Below, one piece after another: positions 9,436 to 17,170 of a stretch of DNA of 64,000 bases. This DNA comes from Kiloniellaceae bacterium (GTDB lineage: Bacteria > Pseudomonadota > Alphaproteobacteria > Kiloniellales > J153): NCBI GenBank assembly GCA_021776135.1, contig JAJFGL010000059.1, positions 19,852 through 83,851 of the forward strand, given 5' to 3'. How positions within the stretch are numbered: position 1 is the stretch's first letter; the number at the start of each line of letters is the position of its first letter. Under the pieces are notes generated by a model, which was not told the origin of the DNA, ran no database searches, and saw only the letters and a list, made by a program, of their open reading frames with translations. Made by a program: the position numbers and the translations under genes.

Positions 9436-10263
9436 ATGGATACCTCCGATATGACCGAACTTATTCTGCCGGCGGAAGTCACCGCGATTCTAGCGCCGGA
9501 CGAACCCGCGCCTTTCGAGCTTCACAACGAGGCCGGCGGGGCGCCGGTCCTTTTGTTGTGCGATCACGCCACCCGCTTCGTGCCCCGGACGCTGAATAAT
9601 TTGGGCTTAAGCGAGGCGGAGCTATCGCGCCATGTCGCCTGGGATATCGGAATCGCGGAAGTAACCCGGCATTTGGCTAGCCGCCTGGATGCGCCGGCGG
9701 TACTCAGTCATTTCTCGCGCCTTGTTATCGATCCCAACCGGGCCTTGGACGATCCGACGCTGATCCCGCAGCTGAGCGATGGGGTCATCGTGCCGGGCAA
9801 CCGCGACCTGATGGAGACGGCGCGCCAGGTCCGCCTATCCACCTTCCACCAAGCCTATCACCAGGCAATCGGCCTAAAACTGGACGCCATGGCCGCGCGT
9901 GGCCCCGCACCGGCTATTGTATCCATGCACAGTTTTACCCCGGTCATGAAAGGCCTGGAGCGGCCGTGGGAAGTTTGCGTCCTGTGGAATCGCGACGCGC
10001 GCCTGCCGGTGCCGTTAATGGCGCGCCTGCGCGCCCAAGGCCTGACCGTCGGCGACAACGTGCCCTATTCCGGACGCGACAATCACGGCTATACTTTACA
10101 TATTCACGCGGAACCGCGCGGTTTCGCGAATGTGCTGATCGAGGTACGCCAGGATCTCATCGATACCCATCATGGCGCCGCCGAGTGGGCCGACTGCCTG
10201 CATGGAGCGCTTGCTTCCGCCCTGTCCGATCCGGCCATTCACGAAGCGAGGCAAGATACATGA
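9436..10263 (+). CDS. N-formylglutamate amidohydrolase family protein
   Basis: FGase-family pattern LLLCDHATRFVP...HVAWDIG...FSRLVIDPNR...VSMHSFTP...EVRQDL. Confidence 0.8.
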   Translation: MDTSDMTELILPAEVTAILAPDEPAPFELHNEAGGAPVLLLCDHATRFVPRTLNNLGLSEAELSRHVAWDIGIAEVTRHLASRLDAPAVLSHFSRLVIDPNRALDDPTLIPQLSDGVIVPGNRDLMETARQVRLSTFHQAYHQAIGLKLDAMAARGPAPAIVSMHSFTPVMKGLERPWEVCVLWNRDARLPVPLMARLRAQGLTVGDNVPYSGRDNHGYTLHIHAEPRGFANVLIEVRQDLIDTHHGAAEWADCLHGALASALSDPAIHEARQDT

Positions 10264-11396
10264 AAAAACAGGAACCGCCCTTCACGATCGGTATCGAAGA
10301 AGAGTATCTTCTGGTCGACCTCAAGACCCGCGACCTGGCCGTCAACGTGCCTGAAGCCTTGATGATAGAGTGCCAGCGCCGCTTGGAAGACCAGGTCAGC
10401 CCAGAATTCCTGCAATCCCAGATCGAGGTCGGCACCCAGGTGTGCGCCACGGTCAAGGAGGGCGGGCAAGAACTGGCCGGGATGCGGAAATGCGTGGCCG
10501 AGGTCGCCAAGGAACACGGCCTGGCGCCCATTGCCGCCTCCACCCACCCCTTCGCCGCCTGGGACCGGCAAAAGCATACCGACAAGGCGCGCTACAATAC
10601 CCTCGCGCGCGATATGCAGGCGGTGGCGCGCCGCCTGGTGATCTGCGGTATGCACGTCCATGTCGGCTTGAACGACGACAACTTGCGCATCGATCTTTTG
10701 GATCAGGTAAGTTACTTCCTGCCTCATTTGCTGGCCTTGTCCACCTCGTCGCCGTTTTGGCGCGGCGAGGATACCGGCCTTAAGTCCTATCGCATTTCGG
10801 TTTTCGACGAATTGCCGCGCTCGGGACTGCCGGAAGCCTTCGATAGCTGGGGCGAGTATCAGCGCCACATCGCCATCCTGATCCACGCCGGCGTTATCGA
10901 GGATGCAACCAAGTTATGGTGGGACGTGCGCCCCTCGGCCCGCTTCCCAACCCTGGAACTGCGCATACCGGATATTTGCACGCGGCTGCAAGACGGTGTG
11001 ACGATCGCGGCCCTATTCGTTAGCCTGCTGCGCATGCTCTATCGTTTGAAACGCAACAATCAGCGCTGGCGTCGGTATTCGCGCATGTTGATAAAGGAAA
11101 ACCGCTGGCGCGCGCAACGCTATGGCACGGATCAAGGGCTCATCGATTTCGGACTTGGCGAAATCATCCCCTACGCCGATCTTCTCGAGGAAATTATCGA
11201 CTTGGTGCGCGAAGATGCCTTGGAACTCAATTGCCTGCCCGAGGTCGAACACGCGCGGCAAATCGTGACCGGCGGCACCAGCGCCCACCGCCAAGTCGCC
11301 GTATACCATGAGGCCCTGGCCGCCGGCGCCGAGAAGACGGAGGCCCAACGCCAGGTGGTCGACATGCTGATCGCGGAAACCGTGGCCGATCTTTAG
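10260..11396 (+). CDS. Carboxylate-amine ligase, glutamate-cysteine ligase family 2 (YbdK-like)
   Basis: The ATG at 10260 overlaps the upstream stop (ATGA). Motifs FTIGIEEEYLLVD, GMHVHVG and WWDVRPS. The ORF-track frame from 9966 is a non-coding upstream extension. Confidence 0.85.
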   Translation: MKKQEPPFTIGIEEEYLLVDLKTRDLAVNVPEALMIECQRRLEDQVSPEFLQSQIEVGTQVCATVKEGGQELAGMRKCVAEVAKEHGLAPIAASTHPFAAWDRQKHTDKARYNTLARDMQAVARRLVICGMHVHVGLNDDNLRIDLLDQVSYFLPHLLALSTSSPFWRGEDTGLKSYRISVFDELPRSGLPEAFDSWGEYQRHIAILIHAGVIEDATKLWWDVRPSARFPTLELRIPDICTRLQDGVTIAALFVSLLRMLYRLKRNNQRWRRYSRMLIKENRWRAQRYGTDQGLIDFGLGEIIPYADLLEEIIDLVREDALELNCLPEVEHARQIVTGGTSAHRQVAVYHEALAAGAEKTEAQRQVVDMLIAETVADL

Positions 11397-11408
11397 CGCC
11401 GATCGGCC

Positions 11409-11443
11409 ATCGGGCTCCCGCCGCGTTAAAGCAGGAGCCCGAT
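11409..11443 (+). terminator. Stem-loop downstream of the ybdK-like gene (putative terminator)
   Basis: Perfect 10-bp inverted repeat ATCGGGCTCC / GGAGCCCGAT with a 15-nt loop, 13 nt after the stop. No clear T-tract. Confidence 0.35.
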
Positions 11444-11553
11444 AGCTTCGCGGTTCCGCCGCGGCCGTGCGCTTATGCGGCGGCCTAGACAAGCGGGCCA
11501 CGGCTGGCCACATTACCTTGTAACAGCACGAGATTTCAGGAGAGAGCGCCCCC

Positions 11554-11853
11554 ATGGACCAGCAAACCCGGACCGAACTTGAAGCCGCCGCCTTCCGGCG
11601 CCTGGTCGGTCACCTGCGCGAGCGCAACGACGTGCAGAACATCGACCTGATGAACCTGTCGGGCTTTTGCCGCAACTGCCTGTCCAAGTGGTACGTGGCG
11701 GCGGCCGAGGAGCGCGAAGTGCCCATGACCTACGACCAAGCGCGCGAGATGGTCTATGGCATGCCTTACGCGGACTGGAAGGCGAAATACCAGAGCGAGG
11801 CAAGCGCCGAGCAGAAGGCGGCTTTTCTGAAGTCGCACCCGGATCACGCTTAG
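11554..11853 (+). CDS. DUF1244 family protein
   Basis: 99 aa with conserved FRRLVGHLRERNDVQNIDLMNLSGFCRNCLSKWY. GGAGAGAG SD upstream. Confidence 0.75.
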   Translation: MDQQTRTELEAAAFRRLVGHLRERNDVQNIDLMNLSGFCRNCLSKWYVAAAEEREVPMTYDQAREMVYGMPYADWKAKYQSEASAEQKAAFLKSHPDHA

Positions 11854-11956
11854 GAACTTTTCCACAGGCCGGCGGCGTTGAAACGCGGCGGGCGCGCGGG
11901 TAGTCTCTCGCGCCCATCGATCGTTTTTAGCCAGCTACCATGGAGAGAATTTAGTT

Positions 11957-12205
11957 ATGACCGATGTCGGGGGAATCGGGGCCGAGCAACTGCGCTCCTA
12001 TATTGAGCGGATCGAGCGCCTGGAAGAGGAAAAGGCGGCCCTGACGGCCGATATCCGCGAGGTTTACGCCGAGGCCAAGGGCAACGGTTTCGATACCAAG
12101 ACCATGCGTCAGGTGGTGCGCCTGCGAAAGCTGGATAGCGCCGACCGGGAGGAGCAGGAAGAGCTGTTGGACCTCTATAAACAGGCCCTGGGCCTGGCGG
12201 TCTGA
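11957..12205 (+). CDS. DUF2312 / UPF0335 protein (GapR-like nucleoid-associated DNA binder)
   Basis: 82 aa. QLRSYIERIERLEEEKAALTADIREVYAEAKGNGFDTKTMRQVVRLRK matches the DUF2312 coiled-coil family. Confidence 0.8.
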   Translation: MTDVGGIGAEQLRSYIERIERLEEEKAALTADIREVYAEAKGNGFDTKTMRQVVRLRKLDSADREEQEELLDLYKQALGLAV

Positions 12206-12388
12206 GGCCTAAGACCCGGCGAAGTAATCGCGCCAAGACACACGACGTTTCAACCATTCCATTACCAATTATTTAGAAGCTGTTCGGGTACGATTACCTG
12301 AGGGCGCGTATTGCTTTGTGCGGTGCAGCAAATTAGGGTTCCAGTCACGCCCCCCAGATCAGCCGCGCGGGAACCGGAAGGTCGCGAG

Positions 12389-14209
12389 ATGTCTAGGTTT
12401 TGGGCTGGAATACGCAACAATCTGACCGCCTTATTGGCGGGGTTTCGGCCTCGGCCGGACCAGGGCGCGTCAACTCAGGCCGCTTCCCCCCGGCCCTATC
12501 CCTGGGAAGGCGCCTATCCGCCTGGCTTGTCCTGGGACGCGGAAATCCCGATTCGCCCCATTCCTGAGATTTTGGACCAGGCGGTGCGAACCTGGCCCCA
12601 GCGCCCATGCCTGGAGTTCCTGGGCAAGCGCTATAGCTATGCCGAGGTCGGCGAGCTTGTCGCCAAGGCCGCCAAGGGGTTTCAAGAACTGGGCATCGTC
12701 AAGGGCGACCGGGTCGGGCTGTTCCTGCCCAATTCGGCTTACTACGTGATTTGCCACTATGCCGTGCTCAAGGCCGGCGGCACGGTCGTCAATTTCAACC
12801 CGCTATACGCCGAGCCGGAGATTGCCCGCCAGATCGGCGATTCCGGCACCCGGATCATGGTGACTTTGAATCTCAGCATGATCTACCCCAAGGTCGCCCG
12901 GCAATTGGAGCAAACCTGTCTAGAGAGGGTCGTGGTATGCGACATGGGCGGGGCGCTGAGTCTCCACAAGCGGGCGCTATTCGCCCTGTTCAAACGCCGC
13001 GAGGTCGCCTCGATTCCCAGCGATGAGGCCCACATAAAGTTCGCGAAACTGATCGCTAACGACGGCAAGCCGGCTCCGGCCGAGATCGATCCCCTTCGCG
13101 ACCTGGCGGTTCTGCAATATACCGGCGGCACCACGGGAACGCCCAAGGGCGCCATGCTAACCCACGCGAATTTAAGCGCCAACGCGGCGCAGACCCTGAT
13201 GTGGGTGCCCGACCTGGTGCCGGGAGAAGAGCGCATCCTCGCGGTCCTGCCTTTGTTCCACGTCTTTGGCATGACCAGCGTCATGAATGTCGGCATATCC
13301 TGCGGCGCGGAGCTCTTGCTTTTGCCGCGCTTCAAGGTCAGCGAGGCGCTGGGCGTCATCGAGCGGGAAAAGCCAAGCATCCTCATGGGCGTGCCGACCA
13401 TGTATTCGGCGATCAACGCCTTTCGTGAACTCGAAAAATACAGCCTGAAGAGCCTGAAATTCTGCATCTCCGGCGGCGCCCCCCTAAGCTATGCCATCAA
13501 GACCGAATTCGAGGAAATCGGCGGCTGCATGCTGGTCGAAGGTTACGGTCTCAGCGAAGCCGCACCGGTCTGCACGATCAATCCCTTCACGGATTCCGGT
13601 AAAACCAATTCCGCCGGCTTGCCTTTGCCCGGCACGGTTATCGAGGTCGTGTCGATCGAGAATCCGAACCAGCCCATGCCCGTGGGCGAACTCGGGGAGA
13701 TTTGCGTAACCGGTCCCCAGGTCATGACTGGATACTGGAACCAAGAGAGCGAGACCGCGCAGGTGCTTAGCCAAGGACGCTTGCGCACCGGCGACGTCGG
13801 CTACCTGGATTCGGACGGCTATGTTTACTTGATCGACCGGATCAAGGATCTGATCATTTCGGGCGGCTTCAACGTCTACCCGCGCATGGTCGAAGAAGCG
13901 GTCATGCTGCATCCAGCGGTCGCCGAAGCCGCGGTCGCGGGAGTCGAGGACAGGCACCGGGGCGAGGTCGTCAAGGCCTTCGTCGTGCTGCGGGACGGGG
14001 TGACCCTGACAGCATCGGAATTGCGGACTTTCCTAAAGGAGCGCCTGGCGCCTTTCGAGGTGCCGCGTAAGGTCGAATTCGTCGATGAAATTCCCAAAAC
14101 CCTGATCGGCAAACCGCTGCGCCGGGCCCTGGTTGCCTATAACCGTCACCGTCAGGAAGCGCTGGCGGCCGAAGCCCAAGCGAGCCGAAAGAAGGAACAC
14201 GCGCGATGA
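12389..14209 (+). CDS. Long-chain-fatty-acid--CoA ligase (AMP-forming adenylating enzyme)
   Basis: AMP-binding motif LQYTGGTTGTPKGAMLTH, plus GYGLSE, TGDVGYLDSDGYVYLIDRIKDLI and C-terminal GKPLRR. The ATG at 12389 is preferred over the 12311 ORF start. Confidence 0.9.
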   Translation: MSRFWAGIRNNLTALLAGFRPRPDQGASTQAASPRPYPWEGAYPPGLSWDAEIPIRPIPEILDQAVRTWPQRPCLEFLGKRYSYAEVGELVAKAAKGFQELGIVKGDRVGLFLPNSAYYVICHYAVLKAGGTVVNFNPLYAEPEIARQIGDSGTRIMVTLNLSMIYPKVARQLEQTCLERVVVCDMGGALSLHKRALFALFKRREVASIPSDEAHIKFAKLIANDGKPAPAEIDPLRDLAVLQYTGGTTGTPKGAMLTHANLSANAAQTLMWVPDLVPGEERILAVLPLFHVFGMTSVMNVGISCGAELLLLPRFKVSEALGVIEREKPSILMGVPTMYSAINAFRELEKYSLKSLKFCISGGAPLSYAIKTEFEEIGGCMLVEGYGLSEAAPVCTINPFTDSGKTNSAGLPLPGTVIEVVSIENPNQPMPVGELGEICVTGPQVMTGYWNQESETAQVLSQGRLRTGDVGYLDSDGYVYLIDRIKDLIISGGFNVYPRMVEEAVMLHPAVAEAAVAGVEDRHRGEVVKAFVVLRDGVTLTASELRTFLKERLAPFEVPRKVEFVDEIPKTLIGKPLRRALVAYNRHRQEALAAEAQASRKKEHAR

Positions 14210-14508
14210 GCCAAGAGAATATTCTGCGGACCTTGAAGTCCCGCCTAAACGATTTCGCCGGCTTCGGCTACCGGGTCGCGTTCGACATGGGGGACGATGG
14301 CATCGTTGCCGTTGACGGAACGCAGCACCCACCAGTCTTGGAAGACGAGACGGGCGAACCGGCCTGCATCATCCGCTTATCCGCCGATAATATGGAAAAG
14401 CTCATGGCCGGCGGCCTCAACCCCATGATGGCCTACACCCTTGGCAAGCTGAAGATCGAGGGCTCCATGGGCGTGGCCATGAAGGTCGCGAGCTTGCTGG
14501 AGGAGTAG
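14206..14508 (+). CDS. SCP2 sterol/lipid-carrier domain protein
   Basis: 100 aa with C-terminal GLNPMMAYTLGKLKIEGSMGVAMKVASLL, typical of SCP2. ATGA overlap with the CoA ligase stop. Confidence 0.8.
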   Translation: MSQENILRTLKSRLNDFAGFGYRVAFDMGDDGIVAVDGTQHPPVLEDETGEPACIIRLSADNMEKLMAGGLNPMMAYTLGKLKIEGSMGVAMKVASLLEE

Positions 14509-14530
14509 GGGCCGGATAGCGCCCTTGGTA

Positions 14531-15124
14531 TCAGTCCTCCGAGGCCTGAACCGGGCCGCCGAAGCGGGCTTCCAGTTTGCTCCCGAAATAGAACGCGGCC
14601 GCGGCCATGGCCGCCATGGCCAGGATGATCACGATCCCCGGCACGCCCAGAAGCTGATCGAGGCTTTGCCGCGGCGCGCCCTTGCCGGCGCGGTAGAACG
14701 GCTCGATCCAATCGAAGACCCCGGCGAAAACGGCGACCCCCGCGACCATTCCGGCCATGAAAACCAGCGCGTCCAGGCGGCCACTGGCCAAGCCGACGCT
14801 GGAGGTGCCGGGGCAATAACCGCCCAGGGCGAAACCGGCACCGACCAGGGCGCCGCCCAGGGCGATCGACCAAATGAAGAGTGTCGGCGTATAGACGCTA
14901 TTGGCGCCGATAATCCCGCTGGCTTCCGCCAGCCACAGGCCGGCGGCGGCGGCGATGACGGCGGTGAACATGACCTTGATCACCGCGAAATCGCGCAAGG
15001 TGAACTGCGCGGTCAGCTTGCGCGGGCTGCCGAAACCGGCCCCTTCAAGCACCAAACCGAACAGCAGGCCTAGTAGCAAGGCGGGCCAGAACCCGCCGTC
15101 GTAAAGCGGCCAGGTCATTGCCAT
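14531..15124 (-). CDS. YeeE/YedE-family membrane protein (sulfur-compound transport related), half-size
   Basis: Polytopic protein with motif LGGYCPGTS. Its start overlaps the stop of the upstream paralog (the second ATG, at 15118, gives an ATGA overlap). Confidence 0.8.
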   Translation of the reverse strand: MAMTWPLYDGGFWPALLLGLLFGLVLEGAGFGSPRKLTAQFTLRDFAVIKVMFTAVIAAAAGLWLAEASGIIGANSVYTPTLFIWSIALGGALVGAGFALGGYCPGTSSVGLASGRLDALVFMAGMVAGVAVFAGVFDWIEPFYRAGKGAPRQSLDQLLGVPGIVIILAMAAMAAAAFYFGSKLEARFGGPVQASED

Positions 15125-15627
15125 TCCCTCCGAGCAAAACGCATGGTCAAAAAACCGGCGGCGAAAAAGAAGATCAAAAATACGAACCCGGCGACCGCCA
15201 GGGTCGCGCCGCCCGAAAGCCCCAGGCCGCTGGTGCAGCCGCGCGCCAGGCGCGATCCCATGCCGACCAGAACACCGCCGGCGAAAGCAAATGCGAGCCG
15301 CCGGCCCGGCGTTGTTTCACGCCCCCGTTCGATCTTGGCCTTGAAGCGGCCACTCGAAAGGCTGCCTATCAGGCCGCCCAGGATAACGCCGATCGCCTCC
15401 CAAGTGATCCAACCGGCCAAGGGCATGCCTTTGGCGAAGCCGCCCAGATAGGAATTCGCCGCCGTTGCCTCGGGCAGGACCCAGACACCGGCGGCGGCCG
15501 CCAGACGGGTGAAGAAACCGCTGGCGCCCAGGCCGTGGCCGGTTACCAGGAAGGTGGCGAAGAGAACCAGGCCGAGCAATATGCCGGCGGTGAGCGGATG
15601 CCAGTAGGGGCGCGGGGTGCCGGACAT
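15115..15627 (-). CDS. YeeE/YedE-family membrane protein, half-size paralog
   Basis: Polytopic protein with motif LARGCTSGLGLSG (conserved Cys of the YeeE/YedE fold). Confidence 0.8.
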   Translation of the reverse strand: MSGTPRPYWHPLTAGILLGLVLFATFLVTGHGLGASGFFTRLAAAAGVWVLPEATAANSYLGGFAKGMPLAGWITWEAIGVILGGLIGSLSSGRFKAKIERGRETTPGRRLAFAFAGGVLVGMGSRLARGCTSGLGLSGGATLAVAGFVFLIFFFAAGFLTMRFARREWQ

Positions 15628-15637
15628 GGGCCGCTTC

Positions 15638-16216
15638 CTACTGCTTCAAGGCCGGCAGGCCCAGACGCGCGCGAACCGCGGGTTCGCGGCTTTTTAGGCC
15701 GGCGGTGCGCCCTTCCTCAACCGCGATCTCGGCAGGCACGCCAGCTTGGGCGCGGTACAGCGCCCACATGGCGCCGGTCCGATTGGCGGAGACGCAGTTG
15801 ACCAGGATAGGAAAATTCGCCGGGTTCTCGACCGCGCGGGCAAAGAGGCGCACCTGTTCGTCGCTCGGCGCCCGGGTCGTGACCGGGATCTGTATGTAGG
15901 TCAGGCCGGCGGCCTTGGCCGCCATGGCGTTGGCGTCCACGCCCTTTTCATCCGCGCCGCGCAACTCAATCACCGTGGCGAAGCCGAGCGCCTTGACCTC
16001 CCCGACCGCGCCCGCGCCGTAGGTGCCCGAGGTAGCGATGTGCGGCGTGGCACGGTTATAATTGAAGATGGCCGCGCTGACCTTATCGCCGAAGGGCGCC
16101 TGGGGTGGGCCGGCCAAGCCGGGCGCGGCAAACCCTAACAAGACAGCCAGTAAAGACCCAAACATGACCATCGGTCGTCCTATGAGGCGCACTAAGCTCG
16201 CCATGAGTTCCTCCAT
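15638..16216 (-). CDS. Secreted DUF442/DSP-PTPase-fold protein (TIGR01244-like)
   Basis: Signal-like N-terminus (MVMFGSLLAVLLGFAAPGLA) and active-site-like loop ILVNCVSANRTGAMWALY. Lies 10 nt upstream of the YeeE pair. Confidence 0.6.
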   Translation of the reverse strand: MEELMASLVRLIGRPMVMFGSLLAVLLGFAAPGLAGPPQAPFGDKVSAAIFNYNRATPHIATSGTYGAGAVGEVKALGFATVIELRGADEKGVDANAMAAKAAGLTYIQIPVTTRAPSDEQVRLFARAVENPANFPILVNCVSANRTGAMWALYRAQAGVPAEIAVEEGRTAGLKSREPAVRARLGLPALKQ

Positions 16217-16381
16217 CTTTTCCTGCTCGCGAAACGCGGAAAGCGCCCGGGATCCGCCATATGTAATAACAGTATTATCTAATATAAGAGATTGACCTCA
16301 AGAACGACATTTAATTTCCCATGGCCGGTTGCCGCGGTTTTCGCCTTATGGCGATGTCACGAAGCCGCATTTTCCGCAGGG

Positions 16382-16396
16382 CTATCATTATTATAG
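16382..16396. promoter_or_regulatory. CTAT-N7-ATAG box (LysR/OxyR-type T-N11-A candidate) in an AT-rich divergent intergenic region
   Basis: ctatcattattatag read directly, about 100 nt upstream of the peroxiredoxin ATG. No LysR gene is present in the window. Confidence 0.25.
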
Positions 16397-16493
16397 ATTT
16401 TCCCCTTGAAAACGGTCGCCTAATGATTATATTAGAATAATTCCAGTTCGCATAATGCGGCTTTCGTAAAATTCAAAGCCAGGAGTACTAGGC

Positions 16494-17036
16494 ATGATCG
16501 GCAGAACCCTTCCCCAAGTTACCTTCAAGACCCGGGTGCGCGACGAATCCATCGGCGGCGATAACCCCTTCCGCTGGGAAGACAAGACCACGGACGATTT
16601 CTTCAAGGGCAAGCGCGTGGTGCTGTTTTCCCTGCCCGGCGCCTATACCCCGACCTGCTCGACCTTTCAGTTGCCCGATTTCGAGAAGCTGGCCGGCGAA
16701 TTCAAGGCCAAGGGCATAGACGCGATCTATTGCCTATCGGTCAACGACGCCTTCGTCATGAACGCCTGGGCCAAGCAGCAGAACCTGAAGAACGTACAGG
16801 TGATCGCCGACGGCTCCGGCGAATTCACCCGCAAGATGGGTATGCTGGTGTGCAAGGACAATCTCGGCTTCGGCATGCGTTCCTGGCGTTACGCCGCGAT
16901 CGTCAATGACGGCACGCTTGAGGAATGGTTCGAAGAGCCCGGCTTTTCCGACAATTGCGAGAGCGATCCCTACGGCGAATCATCGCCGCAGCATGTTCTG
17001 GAGAAATTGGCCACCAAGGCCACCAAGGCGGCGTAA
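16494..17036 (+). CDS. Peroxiredoxin, Prx5/PrxV-like (atypical 2-Cys)
   Basis: Motif VVLFSLPGAYTPTCS and LSVNDAFVMNAWA. AGGAG SD 9 nt upstream. Confidence 0.9.
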   Translation: MIGRTLPQVTFKTRVRDESIGGDNPFRWEDKTTDDFFKGKRVVLFSLPGAYTPTCSTFQLPDFEKLAGEFKAKGIDAIYCLSVNDAFVMNAWAKQQNLKNVQVIADGSGEFTRKMGMLVCKDNLGFGMRSWRYAAIVNDGTLEEWFEEPGFSDNCESDPYGESSPQHVLEKLATKATKAA

Positions 17037-17072
17037 CCGGCCCTATAGTCACAACCTCAAGACACCACAGTC

Positions 17073-17101
17073 GGCCCGCGCCCGGTTTATCGGGGCGGGC
17101 C
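17073..17101 (+). terminator. GC-rich hairpin after the peroxiredoxin gene (putative terminator)
   Basis: GGCCCGCGCCCG-gtttat-CGGGGCGGGCC forms about 11 bp with one bulge. The T-tract is weak. Confidence 0.35.
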
Positions 17102-17170
17102 GGCTTGCGTTAACTCCGCCGGTCACTGAGGATGGGACGGATACGCATCAGCGCCTAGCGGGAGATCGCC

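Noticed and set aside
9966-10259. Upstream extension of the ybdK-like ORF (starting at 9966), and of cobW (49981-50169), secA (36396-36449), the methyltransferase (42696-42884) and DUF1178 (48406-48498)
   Set aside because: The extensions overlap well-supported upstream genes or lack family-conserved residues. Internal ATGs with SD sequences or ATGA coupling give N-termini that match the families.
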